A DNA stretch of 63,866 nt, the filler included, from Aduncisulcus paluster (lineage: Eukaryota), in NCBI GenBank assembly GCA_024181965.1. It is 4 parts of 4 records of this genome, joined end to end, with 100 filler letters (N's around TTAATTAATTAA, not from the genome) between each part and the next. Parts side by side here need not be neighbours in the genome. Positions count along the whole stretch, not along the records: positions 22,990 to 50,600 come from BQXS01012726.1; positions 50,701 to 61,681 come from BQXS01012727.1; 2 more parts are not named here. The stretch is one strand, 5' to 3'. Positions 44,201-55,032 of the stretch are shown one piece after another (the first letter of the stretch is position 1; each line of letters begins with the position of its first letter). A model generated the notes under the pieces. The model had not been told where the DNA came from. It worked only from the letters and a program-made list of their open reading frames with translations, and did no database searches. The translations under genes were made by a program, and so were the position numbers.

Positions 44201-46664
44201 TTATTGTCTTCTTTGTTACACAATTGGTATTCCATGTATAAAAACTCATCTAAAGTCTTAAACAATTCTACCCTTCCATTTTGGCCAGAATTCGTTGATA
44301 TTTTGGATGTTTGCTTGGAATCTCTAGAGAGTCTTGAAGAAGAATCAAAATCTATTTGCCTCGATATTGCTGTTCAGACTGCTAAATTAATGTCAAAATG
44401 TGTCCATTTGTCCGGTGTTTTATTCCAAACATCCAAATCAGGCCAAGAACTTATTCAGGGTATTTTTGATGCGATTAAAGGAAAATTACATTCATATATT
44501 GAAAATGTTGTGAAATCTTTCCACATGAGTGAGGCTAAATCGAGTCTTAGGGGTTTGAATCGACAAATGTATGAAAAACTTGTTGTCATTTGTTATGAAT
44601 TCACTTGCTGTGGTTTGATAAGAAAAGAACTGTATGATTTGATGATTGACAAATTAATATCGACAACTCAGAGCATCTTAGAAAAAGAAAATATGGATAA
44701 GAACATTGGTGGAAGTCTTTTTGAACGTAAGTGTTCCGTTATTAAATTTATTCAACCTTTTGTGCAACCATCCAAATGTGATGATGATTTTTGTGTTGAA
44801 GTCTTTATTAAAGTTCAAACCCATATGCATCATTGGTATCAAACTATTATGAAATCAGAAAATATGGTTCATTCTGCAAAACAGCAAACGTTTGAGGACT
44901 GGTTCGAACTTTTGTTTTCCTTTGCCCAAAACCACAAAATTACACACGATTGTAAAACTGATTTCTTAAAGCTCAAAACGATTGCAGATGACATTGTTCT
45001 TGATAAAAAGAACAAAGATATGATTGGGAGTGGGAAATTAAGCTCATTGTATACACTTTTGATTAACAACTTGAGCAGATCTGGAATTATCACGAGATCT
45101 GTATTTGAAGATTCCTTGAGAAGTGGAAGAGCTAAATTTGATGATAGAAGGAGAGATAGAGACGCTGAGGGTGAAGATGATGATGATGAATTTGGAGATA
45201 TTATGGAAAAACTTCCGAAAGATATGAGAATAATACGAAACGCATCTCAAATTGAAAAGGGTCCTAAGATTGGAAAAGGTGGATTCGGTGAGGTTTATCG
45301 AATTAAAATTAAGAAAACCACGTATGCTTTGAAATTATTAAATGCAAACATGACCAATGACTATTACATTCGAAAGACAAACGAAGAATTGGGTGTTATG
45401 TGGCAGATGTTCCATTTCGCAGGTGGATGTGGTGACTGTTTCCCAAGACCCATGTATGTCTACAATACCTTAGGAGCAAAGAAATCAGATGGAACATATT
45501 CTGGCCGGTATGGAGTTGTCATGAAATACTGCAGTGCAGGATCGTTGACCGATTTTGCAACAATATGGGGTTCAGAATGCAAAAAAATTGCCAGATGTTG
45601 TATAGAAATGATTGTATGTCTCGGAACGATTCAAGAACATGAAAGGAGACTGATCCATTCCGATATTAAACCTGATAACTTCTTAGTTTCTATGGATTCT
45701 GATAGAGGTGCTGGAACTCGTATCTTGTTGGGTGATCTTGGATTGGCAGATCTTGATCTTTTAGCAAAGAACACAGATTCTTTTATGGAATCTGCCATTG
45801 GAGGAAGCATTTCTGACTCGAGGAGTCCTGCGTCGGATGCTGAGATGATTAAAACAGTCGAAGATTACAAGGGAACTGTTCCATTCTTCTCACCCGAATA
45901 TTTGATGGAAAAGAGGTTCAGTCAAGCCATTGATGATTTTGCTTGTGGAATGGGTATTTACTGTCTTTTTGGGGAAATTCCATTCCCATATGCAAAAACA
46001 CCAGCAATTATGAAACATTGTAAATCTGTTAAAGATTTGCCAGCTTCACTGACCAAGTTTTTCGAAGCTGGAAAACGTCTGAAATTGAAGAATTTATACA
46101 TATTTAGACAGCTTAATACGGAATTACCCCAAGTTGCCGATGCCATCAATGAATTGTTTGAAGGATTGACGAATTATGACTTTACGAAACGTCTGAAATG
46201 TCGTCAAGCTGCTGAAAAGATCAAAAATTGGCGTGAAGAGAAACTATTTTTAGATCTTCCAGTTCTGGGTGAAGGTTATTCCAAGGAACTCCCCGGTCCC
46301 GAGAAAAAGGATGTTATTCCCGAATTGGGGGNNNNNNNNNNNNNNNNNNNNCGATGCCATCAATGAATTGTTTGAAGGATTGACGAATTATGACTTTACG
46401 AAACGTCTGAAATGTCGTCAAGCTGCTGAAAAGATCAAAAATTGGCGTGAAGAGAAACTATTTTTAGATCTTCCAGTTCTGGGTGAAGGTTATTCCAAGG
46501 AACTCCCCGGTCCCGAGAAAAAGGATGTTATTCCCGAATTGGGGGAATCAATTGAGCGTGAAGAATTCGACTCTTTGGCGCCTGTTGCCGCAAAAAAAGC
46601 CACGGTTGAACCTGATTTCCCTGTGGAGAGCTATGAAGCATCAGAATCATCTGATTCAGACTAA
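35245..46664 (+). CDS. Giant (~3598 aa) ARM/HEAT-like repeat protein with C-terminal kinase; one gene split in the ORF track by two gap artefacts
   Basis: Exon 1 35245-35266, intron 35267-35355. Removing the 320-nt (41312 gap) and 214-nt (46332 gap) redundancies gives 10797 nt = 3599 codons in frame. Kinase IGKGGFGEVY, YALK, HSDIKPDNFL, DLG, GTVPFFSPE. Confidence 0.85.
35267..35355 (+). other. Spliceosomal intron (89 nt)
   Basis: GTATGT...CACACAG, phase 1; yields MSDKILSDEKLHRELTE. Confidence 0.85.
38866..39258 (+). repeat. 393-bp intragenic repeat, copy 1 (copy 2 at 42900-43292)
   Basis: Identical HGRISFHLKHL...VWKGVCSIT block; not adjacent to an N gap. Confidence 0.9.
40488..40526 (+). 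repeat. (GAA)13 coding microsatellite (poly-Glu)
   Basis: Direct reading. Confidence 0.9.
40764..40853 (+). repeat. (TCN)n coding repeat, ~30 consecutive Ser
   Basis: Direct reading. Confidence 0.9.
42900..43292 (+). repeat. 393-bp intragenic repeat, copy 2
   Basis: Matches 38866-39258. Confidence 0.9.
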
Positions 46665-47051
46665 TATAATATAGTATGAGAAATTTTTTCGATTTTTTTT
46701 TTTTCTTTGTTTTGTTTTTCGAGTTTGTCATTTTGAATTATAATTGTCTGATGGCATGTTATATTTGTGTTATTATTGGTGATGTTTTTATCTTGATGAT
46801 TTTGTTCGAAATGTGATGAGATTCTATTTTGTCTTTGTCTTTGTTTTTTTAAATATATTTATTTTTAGATACTACTGAGTATAATAATACATGTTATAGT
46901 AGATTATTGTTTGGTTATTGCTTTTTTTTTTCTATTTCTTTTCTATTTCTTTTGTATCCATATCCATATCCTCATTGGTTATAGTTCTTTCTTGTGATGA
47001 AAATGCGTGGATACATACTATTTCATGTTGATGATCAAGTTGGTCTATTTA

Positions 47052-47379
47052 TATCGATAGTATCGATACAATATCGGTATTAGTTGAATCTTGACAGCTA
47101 GTCAATTGATTCTTAGTAAAACTCTTTAGAGAATGAAATTTTGTTTTGTAGTGAATTTCACGGTGAAATTCACGGCTTTTGTTCATTTTGCAGAATCTGC
47201 TGTCTATAAGACCGGATGGTCACCAATGGTGAGTCACCATTCAAATCTTTCAACTGAGGACTATGATACTCATTGCTGCCACCGGCAATACGACCGTCTC
47301 CTACCGATTATAATAAATTTGCTAGCCACCGTTGTCACACTATGACCAGTGATCATCCAAAACAACGCTCCACTGGAGC
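47052..47379. repeat. Dense cluster of single-base-centred palindromes
   Basis: TATCGATA-G-TATCGATA 47052-47068; GTGAATTTCAC-G-GTGAAATTCAC 47151-47173; GCAGA-A-TCTGC 47190-47200; TCACCA-A-TGGTGA-G-TCACCA 47220-47239; GCTCCA-C-TGGAGC 47367-47379. Confidence 0.92.
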
Positions 47380-47450
47380 AAACTTGTAGTTTGGAAGCCA
47401 TTACGTTTTATTGACTAATTTCAAATTGAAGAGTCTTCAACATTCCTTTC

Positions 47451-49538
47451 TCACAACTTGTCGATGATTCCAAAAATCTTTTCCTTTTCAACTTCAAATA
47501 ACCCTTTTATCGCATCCTGAATATCTGTCTTGCTCCTCTCCTCTGCAATATATGAACATACATTTAAAGCATATTCTTTAATTGCATCTTCCTCAATAAA
47601 ACAAGGAAGATCTCCACCAATAATAAGACCACGACGGGAAAACAAATCACACTCGATCATTGACATTCCAAGAGCATGAATTGAGGACATATTTTCACCA
47701 GAATCGGTTGTTGGTGCGAGCAGAGTTTTAATATTGCGCTTAATATTACGTTTATATAATAATGTCTCTCTTGAAAGTAGTTTAGACGAAGGAAGTAAAT
47801 CAGAGGCTCGAATAGATACATTTGGAATCGAACACGTCGACTTGAACAGGGATATACATGAAGCAAGAGAATGGAGAAGCTTACTGAGAATCTTAGCTAA
47901 AAATAGATGTTTCTCAGAACTAGTAAAGATGTCGCTTGCTGCTGGATTATCCCCAACAGAAATTAGAATTTCCAACAAATCAACTATCGATTCATAAAAA
48001 GAACATAAACAACTGATAAATTCTTGGATTGTTGGGTATTTTGCATTGTCCTTCAGAGAAAACAGTGATGACTGTAAAAAGGGAGTCAATAGATGTATGT
48101 TTGATGCAGATTTGGCACTGGATCTGGAAGTCTCCTCATCATCTTCTTCCTCATTAGCTGGAGGAGGTGATACCGGTGTGGGCGGTGTTGTTGGGCTAAA
48201 AATAGAAGTCGGATTAACATCCTTATTCATGAATAACCAATAGTCGCAAATATTCCGAGGATCTTTCTGGAGAGAAACGACAGATTCTGTTGAGAATTGA
48301 AGAGCCTTTGGAGTCAGCTTAGCAACAATAGAATCTAAGGGAGATGAGAAAGAAGCCGAACAACACAGTGATAACAACATACTGGGTATTATACTTCGAT
48401 GTGAAACTTGGGTTAAAACATTTCCAAAAGAAATGCATAATTTTATCATTGAATCAATATCTCCTTCTTTTCCTCTGGCTTCAACGATTGATTTGGATTT
48501 GTCACCGAAATACTTCTCCATATATACAATAAAAGGATTAATTCCAATTATGTCTGTTAAAATTGTCTTGACAGAAGACCTGACTTCTTGTAATTTTGAA
48601 ATGATCAGAGATTCAAAACTAGATGCATCAGAAAATCTAGCAGCGGCTTTCATATCCTTCTCTTCGTCATCTAGTTTTTTTACAAGCTGGAATGTAAACT
48701 TCGACAAAGATGTGGAATATTCATCAAGGATGTCCACATGTTGAATTTGAGCGATAGAAACAGAAAGAGGAGTTTGGTGGGAGTAAAACTTATTGCGATC
48801 CGATCCAGAAATAGAATCCAGGAATAAGATAGTAAAATAATCAGTGGCAGCTTTACGAGTAACGTGTACCAGATGTTTTTTCAATAAGGGAGCAGAAAGA
48901 ATAACTTTAACGAGAGATTCGCCTCTTTGAGCCTGACTGGAACGTAATTCTTTCTCTCTGTTGATTATGTATGTGTGAAAAATAGAAGGTTCTTCGACAC
49001 AATCGTCAAGGTACCTACGGAGGCGAGAAGGAGAGATAATAGACGACCCAGATATACAATAATCAGTAGGGCGTGATAACGTGGCTCTTTTCGACATTTT
49101 TTTCTTTTTAGAGGACTGATCGCCGATTCCATTGAGAATTCCTTTGGCAATCGATTGAGAGAAAATGAGAGGGAAATCAGTGACGTCAGCACTCAACATA
49201 GATAAATATCCAGATATCTTATGGGAATCAAAGAAAGAATTGGGATCTTCATAAAATGAAAGCTTTTCATCGATGCTCATCGAGTCAAAACAGAGAAAAT
49301 AGGGAAGGACGCAAGAAAATCCGGTTTCGCGAAGATCTTTCTGCACAATAGTATTCATTGAATGATAAAATGAAGGGCAAACCAAATAATAACCAGTCAC
49401 ATCTTTCCCTACTTTCGGAACACGGATAAACCCAGGAAATGAGGATTCTTCAATGTATTTAGAGATTGAAAGATCAATGTACCCGTTTTCAATCGCCAAT
49501 AAGAGACATTTTTTTAACTCGTCAAGGGTGGAAGTCAT
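47451..49538 (-). CDS. Hypothetical helical protein (~695 aa)
   Basis: Long uninterrupted ORF from ATG 49538; no family recognised. Confidence 0.75.
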   Translation of the reverse strand: MTSTLDELKKCLLLAIENGYIDLSISKYIEESSFPGFIRVPKVGKDVTGYYLVCPSFYHSMNTIVQKDLRETGFSCVLPYFLCFDSMSIDEKLSFYEDPNSFFDSHKISGYLSMLSADVTDFPLIFSQSIAKGILNGIGDQSSKKKKMSKRATLSRPTDYCISGSSIISPSRLRRYLDDCVEEPSIFHTYIINREKELRSSQAQRGESLVKVILSAPLLKKHLVHVTRKAATDYFTILFLDSISGSDRNKFYSHQTPLSVSIAQIQHVDILDEYSTSLSKFTFQLVKKLDDEEKDMKAAARFSDASSFESLIISKLQEVRSSVKTILTDIIGINPFIVYMEKYFGDKSKSIVEARGKEGDIDSMIKLCISFGNVLTQVSHRSIIPSMLLSLCCSASFSSPLDSIVAKLTPKALQFSTESVVSLQKDPRNICDYWLFMNKDVNPTSIFSPTTPPTPVSPPPANEEEDDEETSRSSAKSASNIHLLTPFLQSSLFSLKDNAKYPTIQEFISCLCSFYESIVDLLEILISVGDNPAASDIFTSSEKHLFLAKILSKLLHSLASCISLFKSTCSIPNVSIRASDLLPSSKLLSRETLLYKRNIKRNIKTLLAPTTDSGENMSSIHALGMSMIECDLFSRRGLIIGGDLPCFIEEDAIKEYALNVCSYIAEERSKTDIQDAIKGLFEVEKEKIFGIIDKL

Positions 49539-49833
49539 TGAATGGTAACAAAAACTTGGAAATTCGAAAACAAGGATAGGATGAAAATTTAAGCCCAAAA
49601 ATATCCATAAGAGTAAGGATTATGATTTTATATGGTCTACAATGTTCAATATGTTGAAGCATTGACCTTCCAGAGCTGTACCTTGAAACGACGAAAATCG
49701 AATAACTATTCTCTCAATATTTTTTATTCGCTTTAATAAGAGCCCAGCCTATGACTTTATTTTGGAAGATAAAATATAAAATGAACGACAAATGAAAAAA
49801 AAAAAAAACTGTCTAAGTTTGACGCCACAATAG

Positions 49834-50600
49834 ATGACTGTCTTAACAAAATCCCACGTATTGGCAAAAACTAAGGCTGGAACCTTAGAAAATGTATCAA
49901 AATTGAACATTTGGGGTAACAATCTTTCAGATGTATCTATTTTGCGTGAAATGCCAAATGTTACAATTATTTCCCTTTCTGTCAATTCAATTTCTTCATT
50001 ACGCGATTTCACATATTGTACCAGACTTAGAGAATTATACATTAGGAAGAACATGATCTCTGATATTCGTGAGGTTATGTGGCTCAAACAACTTCCCATC
50101 ACGACTCTTTGGCTTTCAGACAACCCGTGTGCTGAGGTTGAGGAATATCGTGCGTACGTAATTAAAGCTTTGCCCCAATTGAAGGTTCTTGATGATAAAG
50201 TAATCACTGAAGAAGAAAAAGCCGTTATCGCAAGAACGGACATATCTACACCGTTTCAACTGCCTCCCGCAGCCCCCACGTTATCTCCTTCCGCCGTTGC
50301 CTCAAAGGTTCTGGACAAAAGGGAACGTGAAGTTGCTGCCGTCGGCCAACTTTCTCAGGATTCTAAATATGAAGAAATGGAGAGGCAGAAAGAAATGGAA
50401 AGAAAGTTGCGCGAAAGAGAGGTTCGTGAACGTGAAATTAGAAGAGTCGAGAGGGAGAGGGCAGCGATGCAAGCACAGAAAGATCGTGATGAAGAGGAGA
50501 AATACCAGCTCTGGAAAAGGGAACAAGAACTCAAAGAAATGCAGAAGAAAAGAGAAGAATTGGACAGACTTGAGAAAGAAGCTGAGCTTAGAAGTCACCA
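49834..50600 (+). CDS. CFAP410: Cilia- and flagella-associated LRR protein 410 (C21orf2), 3'-truncated by scaffold end
   Basis: LTKSHVLAKTKA..LENVSKLNIWG..LSDVSI..EMPNV..ISLSVNSISSL...C.RL.ELY.RKN...LWL..NPC...YRAYVI..LPQL..LD. Confidence 0.9.
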
Positions 50601-50700
50601 NNNNNNNNNNNNNNNNNNNNNNNNNNNNNNNNNNNNNNNNNNNNTTAATTAATTAANNNNNNNNNNNNNNNNNNNNNNNNNNNNNNNNNNNNNNNNNNNN
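50601..50700. other. Artificial scaffold linker
   Basis: N-TTAATTAATTAA-N. Confidence 0.95.
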
Positions 50701-50701
50701 G

Positions 50702-51526
50702 GTTGAGTATATTGTTAAACATCGTGGGAAAGTTGGAGCGAAAAGTTATTTTGTGAAATGGAAAGGCTATCCCGACTCCGACAACAGTTGGGTTGCAGAG
50801 GGTGATATTTTTGATGAATCTATCATCAAGGAGTATGAAGACAAGTTAGCTGGGAAATCCAAGTCCAAGAAGCCCTCGACCCCAAAGACGCCCCGTTCAC
50901 GTCGGAGCAGTGCTGGTGCTAGTTCTGAGAGCAGTACCGGCAAACGTCGTTCCTCGAGTCGTCTGAAGGAACTGTCCCAGAAACAGGCCGAGGAGGACGA
51001 GGAATCAAGCAAATCCGAGGAAGAACAGTCTGCTTCAGAAGAAACCCCCGCAACCCCAAAAAAAGAACGAGGGAAAAGGAAGTCCAAAAAAATTAAATCC
51101 TCCAAAAAAGATAACAAAGAGGAAGAAGAAGAATCAGTCCCAGAAGAGTCATCCTCCAAAGCCAAAAAAACAGTCAAGACTCCAAAAAGGAAGACTGTTA
51201 AACCGAAAAAACGCCATGCCCCTGTTATCAGAAGCCCAATTTCATCTCCAAGTATTAAATCTTCCTCTTCTGATGAAGAATCTATTGAAAAGATTAAAGT
51301 TCGTTGTTTGGTCGATGGGAAAAAAATTAAGGAGCAGAATTTGGATTTATCTCGAATTCAGGAAATGACCATCATTAATCATAAACATATTATGGACACT
51401 TTTCTTGTGAAACTGAAGGATGATACAGGAAAACTCTATGTCGCGGAGAAGGATGTAAGGGAGGTTCTGGGAGATAAAATCTATGAGTATTTCATTCATA
51501 AAATGATTAAAGCTGGTGAGTTCTAA
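50702..51526 (+). CDS. HP1/Swi6-like chromodomain protein (5'-truncated)
   Basis: VEYIVKHR...YFVKWKGYPDSDNSWVAE chromodomain; K/R/S-rich hinge; C-terminal FLVKLKD...YVAEKDV....GDKIYEYF resembles a chromoshadow domain. Confidence 0.75.
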   Translation, partial: VEYIVKHRGKVGAKSYFVKWKGYPDSDNSWVAEGDIFDESIIKEYEDKLAGKSKSKKPSTPKTPRSRRSSAGASSESSTGKRRSSSRLKELSQKQAEEDEESSKSEEEQSASEETPATPKKERGKRKSKKIKSSKKDNKEEEEESVPEESSSKAKKTVKTPKRKTVKPKKRHAPVIRSPISSPSIKSSSSDEESIEKIKVRCLVDGKKIKEQNLDLSRIQEMTIINHKHIMDTFLVKLKDDTGKLYVAEKDVREVLGDKIYEYFIHKMIKAGEF

Positions 51527-51817
51527 AGAGCTTGAATAATTATAGCGATAAGCATGGCAACGCCGGTATCACGAGCAGTCAATAGAAACTCATCGTCATT
51601 GTTTTATATTTTTTGAAAATAAATGTATATTGTCTGATGTCTAAAATACAATATCAAAAATATTCATCGAAGTATCACGGTCATACGCAAGTGCGATTTC
51701 TTATTTTTTTTTTTATTTCTTCTTCTCTTGATCCATTCTCTCATCATCAACAATTTTGTGTATAACCATTTTCGCATATATTCGTAATATTAATATTATC
51801 CTGCAATATATTTAGCG

Positions 51818-52201
51818 ATGCCAAAGCGCAGAACTCATGATAAAGAAACCGGCCTCTACTCCCCTATTTCCGGCAAAGATCGAGAAGAAACAGTGAAAGA
51901 TGATCATATAGCATTTGATTTAATAAGAGATACAGATCGATCTATCCCATTTACATACCCATTGCATATTACCCCAGCCAATCCAATTATCGAAAAAGAA
52001 ACTTGTTATGTCTGTAGGCATACACAAAATTGTCTTCCTCCTTGTTGTTCTTGTGGAAAACCAACATGTTCTTTGTGTGGAACGGAGTGCACGGAGTGTG
52101 GAGGCTTTGTGTGTTCTATGTGTAGTATTTCTGATTACTCAAGACGATACGATGCAATATTATGTTTAGACTGCTCCATAGAAAAGAAAAATAAAGGTTA
52201 A
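51818..52201 (+). CDS. SIVA-like Cys-rich zinc-finger protein
   Basis: MPKR start; CxxC array CYVC..CCSC.K.TCSLC..ECTEC...VCSMCS..DYS.RYD..LCLDC matching SIVA spacing. Confidence 0.7.
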   Translation: MPKRRTHDKETGLYSPISGKDREETVKDDHIAFDLIRDTDRSIPFTYPLHITPANPIIEKETCYVCRHTQNCLPPCCSCGKPTCSLCGTECTECGGFVCSMCSISDYSRRYDAILCLDCSIEKKNKG

Positions 52202-52419
52202 TATTTATAAAAATTCTTGTGACTCGCAATCAGGTAAAAATGTTATTCAGAAGGGAATTTGCAATAATTGAAAACAATCAATAATGAAAAAATAAATAAT
52301 GAATTTGATTATTTTTGTTTTTGACCTCGATTGTTTCTCTTCATCAAATCAATTTCTCTCTGCTGTCAGGTCAATTGGCCCTTTTAAAAATACCTCGTTT
52401 TTGATGACATTTGTTGAAG

Positions 52420-54036
52420 ATGAAACTATACCATCCAACCATAGTTCTACTTTTATTTGTTTCTATTCTTTTTCATGGAGTATATAGTACTTCCGGACTT
52501 GTTGATAAGTACAAGGAGCAAATCATCGTTCTCTCCTCAAGAGATTCTAAAATACAATTAAAACAGGCTCTTGAAAAGAGCAATGATCTCATTAGAATGA
52601 GCGATACGTGTGAAAGTCGTCTTCTTCGGGCTACTGTGCTTTACAAGCTTAATTCTCATACTGATGTTATCCATGATATCAAATTATGTTCCGATTCTGA
52701 AATATCTAATTTATCGTTATCTATGTCCATTGATTTTATTCCCATGGCTTATATTAAGCTTGGAATGACTCAAGAGGCTCAACAATTCTCATCTAAGCAC
52801 TCAGCCGAGTTGAGAGATTCCCGCGGTATCAACAACTCCATTCGTAAAATAGAATCTCTTCGGGATAAAATATCAAATACTACCACTTCGACCGACCTGT
52901 ATAAACTCTACGAGAAACTTGATGCTTTAACTCCTTATGATTCAAGTAATATTATATTGCTAGCTTCAGAATCCTTTTTCAATAACAATTCATCCATATT
53001 AGATTCTTTAAGCAGTCGTTGTTTCCCTCTTCAATCTCCTCATACTTTTGGATTTGGCTATGGTTTCCGTGGTCTCACTTACTTCCTTGAAGGAGATATT
53101 TTTGAGGCAAATGATGCGTTTACTGAGGCTAAAAAGGCAAACCCACCTGATTCCTTGAATAAGCTGATTTTAAAGCCTTCAAAGATCGCCAAGCAACTTA
53201 TCAAAGCTCAAAAGCAGCTTGACAGTAATAATTTGAATAAGCTTGCTAAAACGATAAAAACAATCAAAAATACAGCCAGTTCGATGTCTGAATCGGACGG
53301 TCATAAAATGCACATCCATCCTTTCATTAATGGTGTATTTAACTACTATAAATGCAAGCAGGACATTGGAACATCAACTAGACCCACTTCTCAGCAAGTT
53401 TCTCAATGTAAAAAAGTTGTTACTTTCTTGGATGATGCCGAAGCTAAAACCAAACGAGAGGCAGGCTCCCAGTCTGGAGAATTATATTTAACCATTTATG
53501 CAGACAGTCTTCTCACCATAGCTGAGGTCTATTTTGAGCTTGGAGATCTTAATAATGCAAAGTCATACTTCAATGCTGCAAAGGGCGAGAGTAAGGTCGA
53601 CAGGGAGCGCCTCCAAACCCTTGCTCGTGAATTGCAGCCTTCTCCACCACCCCAACAACCCGCCGATTGCACAGACAAGGACTATTATGCACTTCTTGAA
53701 ATCGATAAATCCGCCACAACGAAAGAGATCAAGAATGCATTCCGCAAGAAGATGAGAACATGCCATCTGAATGGAAATGTGTCTGATCTGTCCGATGAAG
53801 AGATGAAAGCAAACGAAGATATGGCCATTGAACTCAATGAAGCCAATAGTATCCTTGGAGATGAGGAAATGAGAGGGAAATACGATAGAGGGGAATTGAG
53901 CTGCAAAAATCAACAAGCGGGATTCCCTGGTGGCGGCTTCCAGTTTAATGGGTTCCCGGGAGGAGCTATGTTCTTTAACGGAGGATTCCCTGGAGGTGGA
54001 TTCCCCGGTGGGCAATTCCACTTCCGTGCTGGATAA
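52420..54036 (+). CDS. DNAJC3/P58IPK-like ER TPR + J-domain protein
   Basis: Signal peptide, TPR-like helices, KDYYALLEI.KSA..KEIK.AFRK...LNEA..IL.D.E.R.KYD.GE, G/F-rich tail; HPD replaced by HLN. Confidence 0.8.
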   Translation: MKLYHPTIVLLLFVSILFHGVYSTSGLVDKYKEQIIVLSSRDSKIQLKQALEKSNDLIRMSDTCESRLLRATVLYKLNSHTDVIHDIKLCSDSEISNLSLSMSIDFIPMAYIKLGMTQEAQQFSSKHSAELRDSRGINNSIRKIESLRDKISNTTTSTDLYKLYEKLDALTPYDSSNIILLASESFFNNNSSILDSLSSRCFPLQSPHTFGFGYGFRGLTYFLEGDIFEANDAFTEAKKANPPDSLNKLILKPSKIAKQLIKAQKQLDSNNLNKLAKTIKTIKNTASSMSESDGHKMHIHPFINGVFNYYKCKQDIGTSTRPTSQQVSQCKKVVTFLDDAEAKTKREAGSQSGELYLTIYADSLLTIAEVYFELGDLNNAKSYFNAAKGESKVDRERLQTLARELQPSPPPQQPADCTDKDYYALLEIDKSATTKEIKNAFRKKMRTCHLNGNVSDLSDEEMKANEDMAIELNEANSILGDEEMRGKYDRGELSCKNQQAGFPGGGFQFNGFPGGAMFFNGGFPGGGFPGGQFHFRAG

Positions 54037-54141
54037 TAATTGGTATTCTTTTTTAATAAAACGGCTTTAGTGGATCTACAAGTTTCAATTCATGAATATT
54101 AACTCAATATATCTTCTATTTTTCTATTTTTTACGAAGATA

Positions 54142-55032
54142 ATGTCAAAATCATGTTTTTGTTTGATAGGTTGGATGTTTTTATTTTGGAAGGTCCGATC
54201 TTATATTGCATTAACGATACTTATTACATATGGGATTTATGGATACCTATTTTTCAAGTATGGGTTTGGGGCCTTAATAGAAGATGTATCTGACCGGGAT
54301 AAGGCAATAGAGCTCATTGGTTCATTATCGCCGCTATTATCTACATCCATTGTTATACTCTTCACAAAAAAAATTCTCAGTAACCCTCACACCACTATTC
54401 TCAAAGCTTTGATGTGGTCTGCTGGATTCATGATTTTTTACTTTATTAGTTATACAATTTCGTTTGCTTGTTACTTCAAATTAATGAAATTACCATTTCC
54501 TGCAACATGGGATGTAAGCATCTCCCTCAAACAGGTTGTGTTATCTATTCTTACTGGTATGGCCGAAGAATTTGGCTATAGGTGTATTTTACATCATATA
54601 TATCGAAGGTCACGGACCTTTTGGACCAGTGTTTTTATGGTGGGCTTCTGGTGGACAATCATTAAACTCCCTTCGCTTTTGTTTTGGGTTGGATGGTTAG
54701 ATGGTTTATTCATCGTTGCTGTGTTTGAATCCTTCTTATTCTTCTCCTCATCCTCTGTTTTCTTCGGAGTTTTGTTTGAACATACTGGAAAATGGGTTAC
54801 TTCAATCTCCCACTCTCTCATGATTCTTGATGGCATCATCTTTTTAAATAACGTGGAATTCCCAACATTAGTCCATAGAATGATCTTTTCTTTTGTCAAA
54901 ACAGCTATTCACTGGATCTTTGCCCTTTGTTTGGGCCTGTTTCACTCTGCTGACGAAAGGAGAGAAAATAGGGTATTACGTCGGCGTAGAACATTAAGTT
55001 TGAGCCAAATTGATAGAATGAAAAATATTTAA
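54142..55032 (+). CDS. CPBP (Rce1/Abi, type II CaaX protease) family membrane protein
   Basis: Multi-TM; GMAEEFGYR (EExxxR motif); SISHS. Confidence 0.7.
   Translation: MSKSCFCLIGWMFLFWKVRSYIALTILITYGIYGYLFFKYGFGALIEDVSDRDKAIELIGSLSPLLSTSIVILFTKKILSNPHTTILKALMWSAGFMIFYFISYTISFACYFKLMKLPFPATWDVSISLKQVVLSILTGMAEEFGYRCILHHIYRRSRTFWTSVFMVGFWWTIIKLPSLLFWVGWLDGLFIVAVFESFLFFSSSSVFFGVLFEHTGKWVTSISHSLMILDGIIFLNNVEFPTLVHRMIFSFVKTAIHWIFALCLGLFHSADERRENRVLRRRRTLSLSQIDRMKNI

Noticed and set aside
41351..46664. Separate 1671-aa and 131-aa genes in the ORF track
   Set aside because: Frame breaks are caused by gap duplications; they are parts of the single gene starting at 35245
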